DNA of 28,752 bases, taken from the IMG/VR virus record IMGVR_UViG_3300002307_000179, positions 1-28,752 of that record. One strand, written 5' to 3'. Source of the DNA: a virus (taxonomy: Duplodnaviria > Caudoviricetes). How positions within the stretch are numbered: the first letter of the stretch is position 1; each line of letters starts with the position of its first letter. A model generated the notes under the pieces. The model saw only the letters and a list, made by a program, of their open reading frames with translations, was not told the DNA's origin and did no database searches. Positions 8,701 through 17,507 of the stretch are shown here, piece by piece. A program made the position numbers and the translations under genes.

Positions 8701-8981
8701 ACAAACCCCGGCGATCCAGGCGTTACGCTGTTGACATATCCCGAAGCCGACGAACTGTCATAGACGCCCACGCGCGTCAATTGGGTCGAGGAAGTCAAGA
8801 CCCCGTAACCGACCTCATAGAGCGCGCCTTGGCGCGCCGTATAGACGACCGTCTTGCCAATTTGGATCTTAGTCGAGAAACTGGAGTATTGAGCCGACAC
8901 GGCCCCCTGAAGCGCAAACGCGCCAGTTCCCGCCGCCGTCGCCGTTTCGGCAACGAGGTTTGCGAACACCAATTGAGTCAT
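5784..8981 (-). CDS. Tailspike / tail fibre with pectate-lyase-like beta-helix (1065 aa)
   Basis: Last tail gene; G/S/T/N-rich; beta-helix entry motif VEAQDYG...GGGILVLPPGDIYI. Confidence 0.85.
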   Translation of the reverse strand: MTQLVFANLVAETATAAGTGAFALQGAVSAQYSSFSTKIQIGKTVVYTARQGALYEVGYGVLTSSTQLTRVGVYDSSSASGYVNSVTPGSPGFVSFDNTQTLTIYNDVPAQLFLAQNPDGSIASPTSIRKSIFVDTNTQMKALGTYADGETVFVTGFGDSSGIQPGLFRFNAGTSTAPDGVDTFRNDNSSTGLYQRQKLVIQGNFQGSATFDAATSGGGFTSKEYANPSSSNANDYFARIVDASAGAWRWASRLNQSGGVKNFLNLFSPGNAQDRIETTVPFVQASVTDSTGLKARSVAFLSGVSRLAFARVDAANATSAADYREIPLTKGGYIVTNVKDIYDLKQIDPTSAGSGFADYDMAVTRGINTASSDSGHTLTGSAPPVYWYWLSTSTATEDLVNVVRPSVGSAASGNGRWIREVSDITAGGTFTSGVATPSVKNGNWFITAGTTAITNFLNGYEGQWIVIQRGSTDIVITHNGTNIDLGGNNITLTATNPRLELIYQGGAWRSIGGAGSTIIPTTLNGVAGVSDTLQNRYSNRRFVEAQDYGLVLGSSAAASTNSSIINGLIAAIGSRGGGILVLPPGDIYIAATIDIKFPRVQLWGAGFESFHDSGTSTSTDPIFGTRLIATTATTMVKIRTPYASEQGVSASATWKYTGAGFKYIILQGGAIATAAMIIDSVSGIDVDVYATNFNASTFFTVTSGVSGTDLGEACDVQVSRMSFRARAIDTAADQAAHILTLSGSSNANCSLNRNPLYGIDVYAEHKNGNILNGQNCDNNDISIVGVRVSGGTGYTALFNGTTASQTQGGSSNRLVYVAGGGPIYNQGVGDTNSHGTVTAGIWNEAYYDDGNGTPLPTAGTGSKWTARQTSNGHFNEIISNNGVYGYFVTSITSNSRIYDGGPSKIAFALASAGSDTAYLDFQTIAGVPYLDGAAGFIGLAVSGTPVLRCDTNGFGYQTGQSLGGTVTQATSKSTGVTLNKPNGQITMNAATLNAYSAAQFTLTNSCIGASDVVILNHISGGSPGAYVFTSTPAVGSTLITVRNVLNVNLSEAIVIQYSIIKSTVN

Positions 8982-9033
8982 GAGAAATTGCCCTTAAAAT
9001 ATAAGGTGAATTAAAAAATGGGTTTTTGAAAAT

Positions 9034-9882
9034 TTAGATGTTTTCGGAAATCAAAAACGATTTCGACGATTTTCCGTAATTGTCGTTAATCAATCCGGTG
9101 ACTTGGGTGTTATAGGCGAACATGTCGCCGCGTCCCGTTGTCAAGTCATCACGGTGAATAAAGAACTCGCCCGCCGTAGTCATGTAGCTTTCGAAGTCTT
9201 CTAGCAAATCGCGTTCGGTGGCGTTATCGACCCATCCGAGGACAAACGACCATTTGCGTTTAGACTCAATGTAAGCTGGGAACACCGTCGTTCCGCGTTG
9301 GGGCGTCAGAAGTTTCGACGCAGATTCCCATGTGTGATTGATACCGTAGGAAAAACCGATTCGTGGCGCGATCGTTGGTCCCGCCCATATCCGTTTGACA
9401 TCAAGCCACCCTTGAGACAACCGAGACGTTGCGCCAAAAGTGATCCGCATAAACCGGGCCGAGTAGCTTTGTGAAAGCCAAAGGCCATAGGTCCCAAAAT
9501 TGGCGACAACGTTTGAATTGACCGTGCCGCTATCGTAAACGTGAGTTCCCGACCAGTTGGGCGAGGTAACTCCGCCCGTGGTCGTGCTGGCATTGGTCAA
9601 TTCGACCCGTATCGTATCCGTCGCCGCATAGCCTGGGACTTGTTCGTAGAGGTTCGGCGTGACCGATCGCATGAACTGAACCCCGACCGCCTGAATGGTT
9701 CTTGCGGTCGTGAAGTCAAAATCTATCGTGACGTTCGCCGTGTCGGTCAGAAGCGAACGCCAGATCAAATAAGACAAAGTCTGCGCCACAGATGAGGCGG
9801 GCATTTGAGGCGTTTGAAGGCTCGGAGTGATAACCGTTAGAGGGTCATCGATCCAGTTGAGATAAGACAGCTTCAAGCCCAT
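9034..9882 (-). CDS. Minor tail / tail-tip protein (~282 aa)
   Basis: Position between tail hub and spike; beta-rich composition. Confidence 0.7.
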   Translation of the reverse strand: MGLKLSYLNWIDDPLTVITPSLQTPQMPASSVAQTLSYLIWRSLLTDTANVTIDFDFTTARTIQAVGVQFMRSVTPNLYEQVPGYAATDTIRVELTNASTTTGGVTSPNWSGTHVYDSGTVNSNVVANFGTYGLWLSQSYSARFMRITFGATSRLSQGWLDVKRIWAGPTIAPRIGFSYGINHTWESASKLLTPQRGTTVFPAYIESKRKWSFVLGWVDNATERDLLEDFESYMTTAGEFFIHRDDLTTGRGDMFAYNTQVTGLINDNYGKSSKSFLISENI

Positions 9883-9885
9883 CAA

Positions 9886-11586
9886 TCAGCCCCAAACCGT
9901 CAATTCGACTTGATCAGTCGTTCCAGAATCTTTGATGCCCAGGACAATGCAGTTTTTTCCAACCGGAAAACCAAGGCGAGAGTTTTTCAGGCTGATGCAG
10001 TCTTGCATATTGATCGAATAGCCCTGTCTCGGCATGGTCACACGAAACTGGCGTCGCGTTTCCTGATATAGGGTCATGATCCGGCTAAGGACTGTATTCG
10101 CATCCTCTTTGCTTTTAAACAGGCTATCAATTGTCGTCCCGATAATCGCAGAGCGCTCGCGAAGCTTGGTCGCCTGACTGACGAGGCTAACCGATTGCGA
10201 CGCCGAAATGAGCGCTGCGCGCGTAGTAGAATCTAGCCCCTCGGAAACGTCGCCCTCTGACATAGGCGTCCAGTTTTTGCGATAGTTCACGGTCTGCGAA
10301 TAGCGCGCGGGCTGAGGAAGGCTGATCTGATTAATGTCAAGCGTCTTGTTGTCATCGACCGTCGCGGTAGGAATAACGCTAAACGGGTCCTGAATGTATC
10401 CGACCCGCAAGAGCTTGGTCCGTTCGGTCCCATACCAGCCATTGATCGAAATCATCATGGCGTTAAACACGTCAGAAATGTTCACATTGTTCTGGCCGCT
10501 ATAATATCCAACCGTCCCTGTAGGGAGTTGTTGGAACGACGGGACCAGCAAGAAATTCTGAGGAAGTCCCGCGCGTGTCGTGGCGAGGTTGAGAAGAATT
10601 TCGCCGATCCGGTCCAAATACCCTTGAGCCGGTTTGTCGCCCCGAACGTCTGCGGTCACGGGGCCAGCTGGAGAACCTGAAAATCCAGCGCGGAAAAGGC
10701 CAAGCGCAAGGCAAGTCGTATAGGTTCCCGATGGAACGTCTGCCGCCTCAAGGTTCGACAGATCCGCCACATCTCCGTTGTAGGTAAAGGGAACGCCCCT
10801 TTCCTTTACTGAGTCCACCGCCAAGATAGGGCCATCGTGGACTTGGTAGACATAATAGCCCTTGTTCATCAGGACTGGGGTCAAATTGAAGCACTCGCCC
10901 AAGCAAACCGGGACGATGGTGTTGGCAAGGCTTAGGTCGCCGCCCATCCCGCCGGTTCCGTCATACATCCGCGTCCAAAGAGGCGTGTCGAGATAAGACG
11001 TCGTGCCCTTGATGATGATCCGCGCGACGTCGTAATTCGCCTCGAACTGATCTCCGACCAATTCGCCAATCAGCTTGAAGTCCTGAAAATCGCCGTTCGC
11101 CGGGCCGTAATAAATCTGAATGATCTGGTCGCCGATGTTGTAACTCGCAAGCAGGTCGTCCAGCGCGCCATCGGTGTTGATGAGTTCAATGTTTCCCGCC
11201 GACACTGTGCCGCGCCTGGCCGTTTCCGGTGAAAGCGGCAAAAGCCGATCAATGTCCGCTGAAAGGCTAATCCTCGGAATAGCGAGAACGTTCGGCTTGA
11301 ATGCATCGGTCGGGCGCCCATACCAGGGGCCGTCTGAAAATAGAAACTGTTTTTGAAACGTCCCCAAAAACTGAGGCGGAAAATCGTCGATCGGTTGACC
11401 GCCCAAAGGATGAGGCGTGATCGTTCCAACGGATTGAGAACTATGCGGGACTGCATTGACGACAACCAAAATCCGCGAGGCGTTCTGCGACTTGATGAAC
11501 TTTTGAAAGTTCGTTTCGGCTTGCTGAAACCCGCCGAACTGAATTTCATCGACGGGAAGATCAGCAACCGCAGAGAATGCGCCCAT
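9886..11586 (-). CDS. Tail-tip / hub protein (566 aa)
   Basis: Directly after tape measure; YDGTGGMGG, PVCLGECFNLTPV, YQVHDG segments typical of siphophage minor tail proteins. Confidence 0.75.
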   Translation of the reverse strand: MGAFSAVADLPVDEIQFGGFQQAETNFQKFIKSQNASRILVVVNAVPHSSQSVGTITPHPLGGQPIDDFPPQFLGTFQKQFLFSDGPWYGRPTDAFKPNVLAIPRISLSADIDRLLPLSPETARRGTVSAGNIELINTDGALDDLLASYNIGDQIIQIYYGPANGDFQDFKLIGELVGDQFEANYDVARIIIKGTTSYLDTPLWTRMYDGTGGMGGDLSLANTIVPVCLGECFNLTPVLMNKGYYVYQVHDGPILAVDSVKERGVPFTYNGDVADLSNLEAADVPSGTYTTCLALGLFRAGFSGSPAGPVTADVRGDKPAQGYLDRIGEILLNLATTRAGLPQNFLLVPSFQQLPTGTVGYYSGQNNVNISDVFNAMMISINGWYGTERTKLLRVGYIQDPFSVIPTATVDDNKTLDINQISLPQPARYSQTVNYRKNWTPMSEGDVSEGLDSTTRAALISASQSVSLVSQATKLRERSAIIGTTIDSLFKSKEDANTVLSRIMTLYQETRRQFRVTMPRQGYSINMQDCISLKNSRLGFPVGKNCIVLGIKDSGTTDQVELTVWG

Positions 11587-11590
11587 GGCG

Positions 11591-14500
11591 TTACGCCTTC
11601 GCGGTCGATTGCTGCGTGTAAAGGGTGAGTTTGCGGAATTCGGTCAGGAGGTTTTGCAAGACCGTCAATTGCGTTGCGTCGTCGGTCCTGATCTGCTGTT
11701 GGAGAAGCTGGAAATATCCTGCAAGCGTGGCCGACAGGGTATCGCTTGCGGTCGTGTCAGTCGTGGGCGTTACGGTTGAGGCCTGCTTAATCGTCTCATT
11801 GCCCGAGGTCAGGTTCGCCGGGACGGTTGCGTTCGCCACCGCGGTAGCTTGGCTGTCCGCTTGGGCATTGGCTGCGCTTCCAGCCGTCAACAGGGACAGT
11901 TGGGCGAGCTGATCAGCATTCAACGATTGACCGGACTGCTTAGCCTGGAGCGCAAGATATTGCGCTAGCAGATCCGTGATCGACTGCGAGCCGATTTGAT
12001 AGGTTGAAACGTCAGTGGTGACGCCGGTCAACCCGTTATTAGGCTGGAGCAAGATGCTGGCGATCGTCGCTGAAACCTGCGTCGAAGATGCGAGAAGAGT
12101 TTCGTAATCCTTTTGGAGCGCGGCAATTTGAGGATTGCTGTCGCCAAGAATATTCTTGATATCGGTCAACAGGTTAATTTGCGTCTGTAACGCCTGAGCT
12201 TGGTTTTCGGCTTGCGTTGCCGCGTCTGAGGCGCCCTGTCCAGCCTTACCAAGCAGGTCTTGGACAAGGTTATAATCGCTCACGAATTTCGACGTCGAGC
12301 CGAATAAATTCCGGCTGGCGTCAATGAATGTGTTGGCAAGCTGAGACAGCCCCTGAAGCGCCGTCTGGTCGCCTCCGATGCCGAGCGCGGCTTGCTGTTG
12401 GAATTTCGCCCGAAGCGTGTCCAGCGCGTCCGTGGGCGCGGCGGCGCCGTACTTCTGCGCAATAGAGTCTTTGGTTTGGCTGATCGTAAGCGAGAGGTTT
12501 CGCAGCGTTTGAGCCGAAGCATTCAGCGCGTTGATTATCGACGTCATGTTTGACACGATCGGCGATAGGGCGTCTTGAAGCTGCGTTCCGACCACACCAA
12601 TCTTGCCTGTATAGTCCTCAATCAGTCCAAGATAATCGCCCAGTTGCGCTTTTTGCGTGGCCGAAAGCCCGGCGAAGAAATTCGACGTTTCGATGGCGTT
12701 CAGGCGCTGCGTCGCGGTGAGATCAACATTCAGCGCCTTGGCGTCCGCCAGGCGTTGAGCCTGCGTTTTAAGAAGGCTTTCCAGGCTGGCGAGCGTCGGG
12801 TTAGCTGCCTGGAGGAGGCTATCCGCCGTCGATTGGTTGAATTGTTCCTGAAGCGATTTGAAGGCGTTTTGATAGGCCTGCGTGATTTGGTCTGTGGATT
12901 GGCCCGCTTTTGCTGCTTGATCAGACAGAGCCTTGAACGCAGTCGTCAGCGCCTGAATGTTGTCGGTGATGGTCGAGGTCTGCTTGGCGTAGGGGAACAA
13001 GCTCGCGATAAAGTTGTTCGTCTCTTGCTGGTTCAGGGCCAGAACCTGATTTAGGTCGCCGCCGAGCTTGGTTGCGTCTTGGATGCGCTGCGACTGCGTG
13101 GTCAACATGTCCTTGTATTGCGACGCGACGGACGACTGAGCCTTGAGAAGTTGGTTCGAAATATCGGTGTTGAAGGCGCTCGCAAGCTGTGCTTTCGCTT
13201 CAGCTTCAGCCTGTCTCAAGAATGCCGCAGACGCATCATTCGCGCTTTTGATCAAAGGATCGAATTGCGCTTCTAGGTCAGTCAGCGCCTTCGAGAAGGT
13301 GGACGCGGGCGGCTGAACGCTATCCAGAACCGTTTTTACAGAGGATAGAATTTTCGAAGTGTCGTCAAAAGATGACCCCGCCGCAATCATGGCGTCCTTA
13401 ATCTGATTGAGACCCTGAACCGCGAAGGTCGTGTCTTTCAGAACCGCGAGCAACGCGACGTTTGCTGCCGCCGCAGCGTCGCCGGTCGTCGCCGAAAGGC
13501 CTTGGCCGTTGGAAAGCGAAATCGCAGACGGGTCGCGCTGGCCGACCGTGACGCCGGTCACGTATGTGGTGCGCGTTCCGCCAAGCTGAGCGATCGAGTT
13601 ATAGCCCTGTGCAATAGCACCCGTAACCGCCTGCAAAAGCTGAGTGGTTTCGCTTGTGCGTTTGTTTCCTTGAATGGCGCCGTTTGCCTCACCTGAATAA
13701 AGCAGGCCTTGACCCGCCCCCGCATTGGTAGACGATGGACCGAGAAGCCCCCCGATAAATCCGCCAAGGATGGCGTCAAGCGCGAAACCAATTGGCCCAA
13801 ATCCGAATGCAATAGCCCCAAGAACTGCGGTTGTTGCTGCGCCAATCATCGAATTTGTTTGTTGTTCCGGCGATTTGGCGCCGCCAGCCAAAGAAGACAG
13901 GCCTTGGCCGATCTGTTGGCCGACAAATCCAGACGTTGCGGCCTGAGCGCCGATGCCGATAATTGATCCTAAACCCGTTGTCGCGAATTTTCCGTCCGAG
14001 CCAAGAATACCGGTTTGTTTCAAAAGGCCCGTAAAACTATCCCTTACGCCGGTGAACACGCTTGAGACAGCAGACTTTAGACCGTCCTGAAGCCAAGATA
14101 GAACCGGCTGAAACCCGGCTTTAAGCCCATCGGCTACGGTCGAGCGGAAAATGTTCGTCAGATCCTGGCCAAGCGTCTGGAACGCCGCACCACCATCGAC
14201 AACGAAATTAGCCCAGAACTTATTCGATGCTGCATTGAGGGATGACGATGCAGAATTGACCGACGTATCCAGGCTGACGGACTTCAATTGCGCCGCCTGG
14301 GTTTTTTGTTCTTCGGTCAGCTTCTGTTGGGCCACAAGTTCACGCGCGGCTTTGTCCAGTTCGTCACCCTTCAAAAGCGCATATTTCTGCTCAAGCTGAT
14401 ATTTGGCCGTCGCGAGTTGATAGGCCTCGTAGTCGTTTGAGTTCAGCGCTTTTTGCTGTGCGGCCTGTTCCTTGGCCGTTCCGTCAATCGACTGGTTAAG

Positions 14501-16633
14501 TGCGTCGCGTTGAGCGCTTTGCGTGTCGGTCACGATTTTGAGCGCGCGATTGAGAATGTCGTTTCGCTGCAGGAGCTTGGCGTTTTCGGCGTCATCAAGG
14601 TTGGCGCCCTCGCGCTTTAATTCGACCCTCTGTTCGACAAGCTTATATTGCTCGGCGACAACGGCGCCAGCAAATGCCCCGCCCGTCGCGGTCGCGCTTG
14701 CAGCGGCAGCTTTCCCTTGAGACTGGAACGACTGTTTGGCGAGGTTTTCGGCTTCGGCCTGTTGGTCCTTATAATCCTTTAGCGCTTGGTCGGCTGCGTC
14801 TTTGGCCTGGCGGGCGGCGAGTGCATTCTTAGACGCCTTGGCTTCGACATAATCCGCAAAAGCTTTTTTCGTTTTATCATAGGCCTCGGCAAGCTGGCCG
14901 ATCGCGGTCGTTTCATAATCCGCATTGCCCACGTTAGCCGCACGCAGGGCCTCTAGCTTGGTCGATTGCGTCTGATAGTCGATCAGCTGCGCTTGAAACC
15001 CGGCGACGTTCGGATCTTCGCGCCCCTTTTTCGGATCGCCCAAGTCTTCCTGAATGAGCTTGATCCGGTCTTTACGCGCGCGGTCTTCAATCCGCGGAAA
15101 CAGGCCGCTCAGATATTTTTCGGTGTCGTCAGCCGTTTTTTTGTATGTGGACGTAAAGTCGGTCCACATATCGCCGATGCTCTTGAATGAGACATTGGCA
15201 TTCGCGACCATCGGTTTGAAATTGATTTGCGGAATTTCAGGAAGCTTGATCGCCGATCCGGCGTTGATGGTCTGGATGACCTGATTAAGCGTTCCGCGAA
15301 TGGAATTGACAAAATTCGAAAACAGTTCGCCCACGCCATTAAATGCCGTCGCAAACGTGTTGTAGATGACTGCCCCTAAAGGCGTGAACACGTCGGAGAA
15401 GAATTTCCCGACGCCTGCAAAATATCCGATAATTTGCCCGATAACTTTTGGGAACCATGCCCCAAGAAATTGAGCAATATCGTCAAACGTTTTTTTGACC
15501 GCTTCGCCGGTCTTGGCGTTGGCGTTCTTGAAATCGTCGAACATGGTTTCAAAGGTCGCTTTTACACGATCTCCAAAGTTCACGCCAAGCGAAACGCCAT
15601 CCTCTTTAAGCTGCTTGATTTGATCGCTTGTCAGCTTCAGCGATTTCGAAAGGTTGGAGTCCTGCGGGAAAGCATCCTTCATGTTCTGATTGAGAATAAG
15701 AAAAGCTGCACCAGCGGTCGCCGCAACAGCCGCTAGACCGCCAATGACCGCCGCCGCCGTTTGAACGCCCGCAATTGCCTGCAGTTCGATCAGGCCTGAG
15801 CCAAACATGCGCTTGTAATTGCCGCTCGCCCCTTCATGGATCAGGACTAGCAATTCACGAAGTGCGGTCGAGCTTGAATGAATCCCTTGGGTTGACTTTC
15901 CAGCGCTAGAGCCAACCTCTTCAAGCGTCGCGCCCGCTGCCGAAGCTTCCTTTTTGACCATGCCAAGACGCAAGGCCACATCATCAGCCTCGCCCTTGAT
16001 GGAAGACAGCGCAGCGTTTGCAGCGCTCGCCATTGACGCAAAAGCATTTTTGACGGACTGAGCCGCCGAAGCTATCAGGCCAAGCCGCTGAGACGCGACT
16101 TCAGAATCCCCGCCCACCTTGGCAATCGCGCCGTTGTCGATTTCCTCTAGAGAAGCGCCGACCTTGTTCGCCGAATCGGTCATGACGTTAAGTTGAGCGG
16201 CGGCGGTTTCAGCGTTTGATCCGACATTGACCAGGGATTGAGAAGTCGCCTCTTCCAGCGCAGATCCGGCCCGGTCGATTGCGTCTTTCAGTGTGTTGAC
16301 CTCTGCGGCGCTAGTTGCCGCATTGTCATTGATCGCCGCAAAAGGATTAGCCGCACCGATCGCCTGAAGTGACGCTCCGACCTGATCGGATGCCGCCGCC
16401 ATCGCGTTGAGTTGGTCCGTAGCCGCCTGAGCCGCGGGAACGGTTGCGGTGATGCCGCTAGTCGATCCTTGGGCGCCTGCCTGTGCTAGAGCGTCGCTGA
16501 CGGTTCCGCCGACTTGCGAGGCTTTCGCCGCCAGCATGTCCATTGCCGACGCAATGCGGTCGATCGAGGAAACGCCCTTATCAAGCCCCGAAGTGTCAAA
16601 GTCCAAGCCAAGGACGGAAACGCTATCAGACAT
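11591..16633 (-). CDS. Tail tape measure protein (1680 aa)
   Basis: Very long Ala/Gln/Leu-rich helical ORF with hydrophobic Gly-rich segments, after chaperones. Confidence 0.93.
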   Translation of the reverse strand: MSDSVSVLGLDFDTSGLDKGVSSIDRIASAMDMLAAKASQVGGTVSDALAQAGAQGSTSGITATVPAAQAATDQLNAMAAASDQVGASLQAIGAANPFAAINDNAATSAAEVNTLKDAIDRAGSALEEATSQSLVNVGSNAETAAAQLNVMTDSANKVGASLEEIDNGAIAKVGGDSEVASQRLGLIASAAQSVKNAFASMASAANAALSSIKGEADDVALRLGMVKKEASAAGATLEEVGSSAGKSTQGIHSSSTALRELLVLIHEGASGNYKRMFGSGLIELQAIAGVQTAAAVIGGLAAVAATAGAAFLILNQNMKDAFPQDSNLSKSLKLTSDQIKQLKEDGVSLGVNFGDRVKATFETMFDDFKNANAKTGEAVKKTFDDIAQFLGAWFPKVIGQIIGYFAGVGKFFSDVFTPLGAVIYNTFATAFNGVGELFSNFVNSIRGTLNQVIQTINAGSAIKLPEIPQINFKPMVANANVSFKSIGDMWTDFTSTYKKTADDTEKYLSGLFPRIEDRARKDRIKLIQEDLGDPKKGREDPNVAGFQAQLIDYQTQSTKLEALRAANVGNADYETTAIGQLAEAYDKTKKAFADYVEAKASKNALAARQAKDAADQALKDYKDQQAEAENLAKQSFQSQGKAAAASATATGGAFAGAVVAEQYKLVEQRVELKREGANLDDAENAKLLQRNDILNRALKIVTDTQSAQRDALNQSIDGTAKEQAAQQKALNSNDYEAYQLATAKYQLEQKYALLKGDELDKAARELVAQQKLTEEQKTQAAQLKSVSLDTSVNSASSSLNAASNKFWANFVVDGGAAFQTLGQDLTNIFRSTVADGLKAGFQPVLSWLQDGLKSAVSSVFTGVRDSFTGLLKQTGILGSDGKFATTGLGSIIGIGAQAATSGFVGQQIGQGLSSLAGGAKSPEQQTNSMIGAATTAVLGAIAFGFGPIGFALDAILGGFIGGLLGPSSTNAGAGQGLLYSGEANGAIQGNKRTSETTQLLQAVTGAIAQGYNSIAQLGGTRTTYVTGVTVGQRDPSAISLSNGQGLSATTGDAAAAANVALLAVLKDTTFAVQGLNQIKDAMIAAGSSFDDTSKILSSVKTVLDSVQPPASTFSKALTDLEAQFDPLIKSANDASAAFLRQAEAEAKAQLASAFNTDISNQLLKAQSSVASQYKDMLTTQSQRIQDATKLGGDLNQVLALNQQETNNFIASLFPYAKQTSTITDNIQALTTAFKALSDQAAKAGQSTDQITQAYQNAFKSLQEQFNQSTADSLLQAANPTLASLESLLKTQAQRLADAKALNVDLTATQRLNAIETSNFFAGLSATQKAQLGDYLGLIEDYTGKIGVVGTQLQDALSPIVSNMTSIINALNASAQTLRNLSLTISQTKDSIAQKYGAAAPTDALDTLRAKFQQQAALGIGGDQTALQGLSQLANTFIDASRNLFGSTSKFVSDYNLVQDLLGKAGQGASDAATQAENQAQALQTQINLLTDIKNILGDSNPQIAALQKDYETLLASSTQVSATIASILLQPNNGLTGVTTDVSTYQIGSQSITDLLAQYLALQAKQSGQSLNADQLAQLSLLTAGSAANAQADSQATAVANATVPANLTSGNETIKQASTVTPTTDTTASDTLSATLAGYFQLLQQQIRTDDATQLTVLQNLLTEFRKLTLYTQQSTAKA

Positions 16634-16647
16634 CGCCGCCCTTCCAT

Positions 16648-17034
16648 TTAGGATTGAGGTTCAAAGGATTTAGAGAGAACCGCCACAAAGGCGTTATCGA
16701 TCAACCGCAGCGCCGACCGCTCAAACGGTGTGAACCGTACACCGATCAAGGCGGCATAGGCTGCAAGTTCCGTCCATGGCAGATAGTTCAAACCCGCCAT
16801 AGCTTGCTGACGACCGTGTGAGAGGTCATCAAACCAAGTGAACAGGTAAGCGGTCCCTGGCGGCGGTTCGGGAAGCTCAATCGGATATTCATCCGTGGAA
16901 AGCTGAACGCCTTGTTCGGCATAAAGCCGATGGGCTTCCCGATTATGTTCGAGCGCCGAAAGCCCGTCCTTGCGTGTCTGAAGCAACGCGAAGCGCGCGC
17001 GGGCGCACTCCGCAATTGCGTTCAGACGTCGGGA
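16648..17034 (-). CDS. Tail assembly chaperone, frameshifted extension (gpT-like part of gpGT)
   Basis: -1 frame from T TTT TTT reads SRRLNAIAECARARFALLQTRKDG... open to 16648; LPWTELAAYA motif. Confidence 0.82.
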   Translation of the reverse strand, partial: SRRLNAIAECARARFALLQTRKDGLSALEHNREAHRLYAEQGVQLSTDEYPIELPEPPPGTAYLFTWFDDLSHGRQQAMAGLNYLPWTELAAYAALIGVRFTPFERSALRLIDNAFVAVLSKSFEPQS

Positions 17035-17426
17035 AAAAAATTGCTAGCTTCCTGCGCCGCGTCATTGACCTGACGCCGGATGTAATTGTCGCCCGGCATG
17101 GCGTATAGATCGAAAGCCGCATCCGGCGTGAAGTCAAGAGTCTTGCCCGTTTTGACGTTAAACAGATACCAGTCCTTTGTGAGATAGGCTAAGAACCGGT
17201 CATTCAGCTCACGATCAATTTCGGGCGTCGTCTTGAAACCCTTGATGCGTTCGCGCCGCTTGTATTCGGTGCGAAGCCAATCTTGCGCGCGTTCTGAATT
17301 GGCGGAATAGACCTCGATCGACATCGCCTTACCGTCCTTGTCTCGGATGGTTTGGCCCGTCGCCGGGTGTGTGATTTCCACGGTGTAGGTTTCGTGGTGA
17401 TTAATGCCAATCAGATCGTCGAGCAT
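17022..17426 (-). CDS. Tail assembly chaperone (gpG-like, 134 aa)
   Basis: ATG 17426 after AGGA RBS; HPATG motif; ends ASNFF; between tail tube and tape measure. Confidence 0.85.
   Translation of the reverse strand: MLDDLIGINHHETYTVEITHPATGQTIRDKDGKAMSIEVYSANSERAQDWLRTEYKRRERIKGFKTTPEIDRELNDRFLAYLTKDWYLFNVKTGKTLDFTPDAAFDLYAMPGDNYIRRQVNDAAQEASNFFPDV
17034..17040 (-). promoter_or_regulatory. Programmed -1 ribosomal frameshift slippery site T TTT TTT
   Basis: AAT TTT TTT CCC GAC GTC TGA at end of chaperone; -1 frame joins next ORF. Confidence 0.82.
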
Positions 17427-17446
17427 ATTTTTTCCTGTTGATGGGA

Positions 17447-17490
17447 CACGCGAAAAGCCCGCCAAGATTTTGGCTCGGCGGGCTCGCGTG
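17447..17490 (-). terminator. Hairpin / weak terminator after major tail gene
   Basis: - strand AGCCCGCC...GGCGGGCT followed by short T run; outer CACGCGA/TCGCGTG pairing. Confidence 0.55.
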
Positions 17491-17507
17491 GTCATTCAGT
17501 CGCCGCC

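Noticed and set aside
5784-8981. Diversity-generating retroelement target in tailspike
   Set aside because: No reverse transcriptase or template/variable repeat pair seen in this window.
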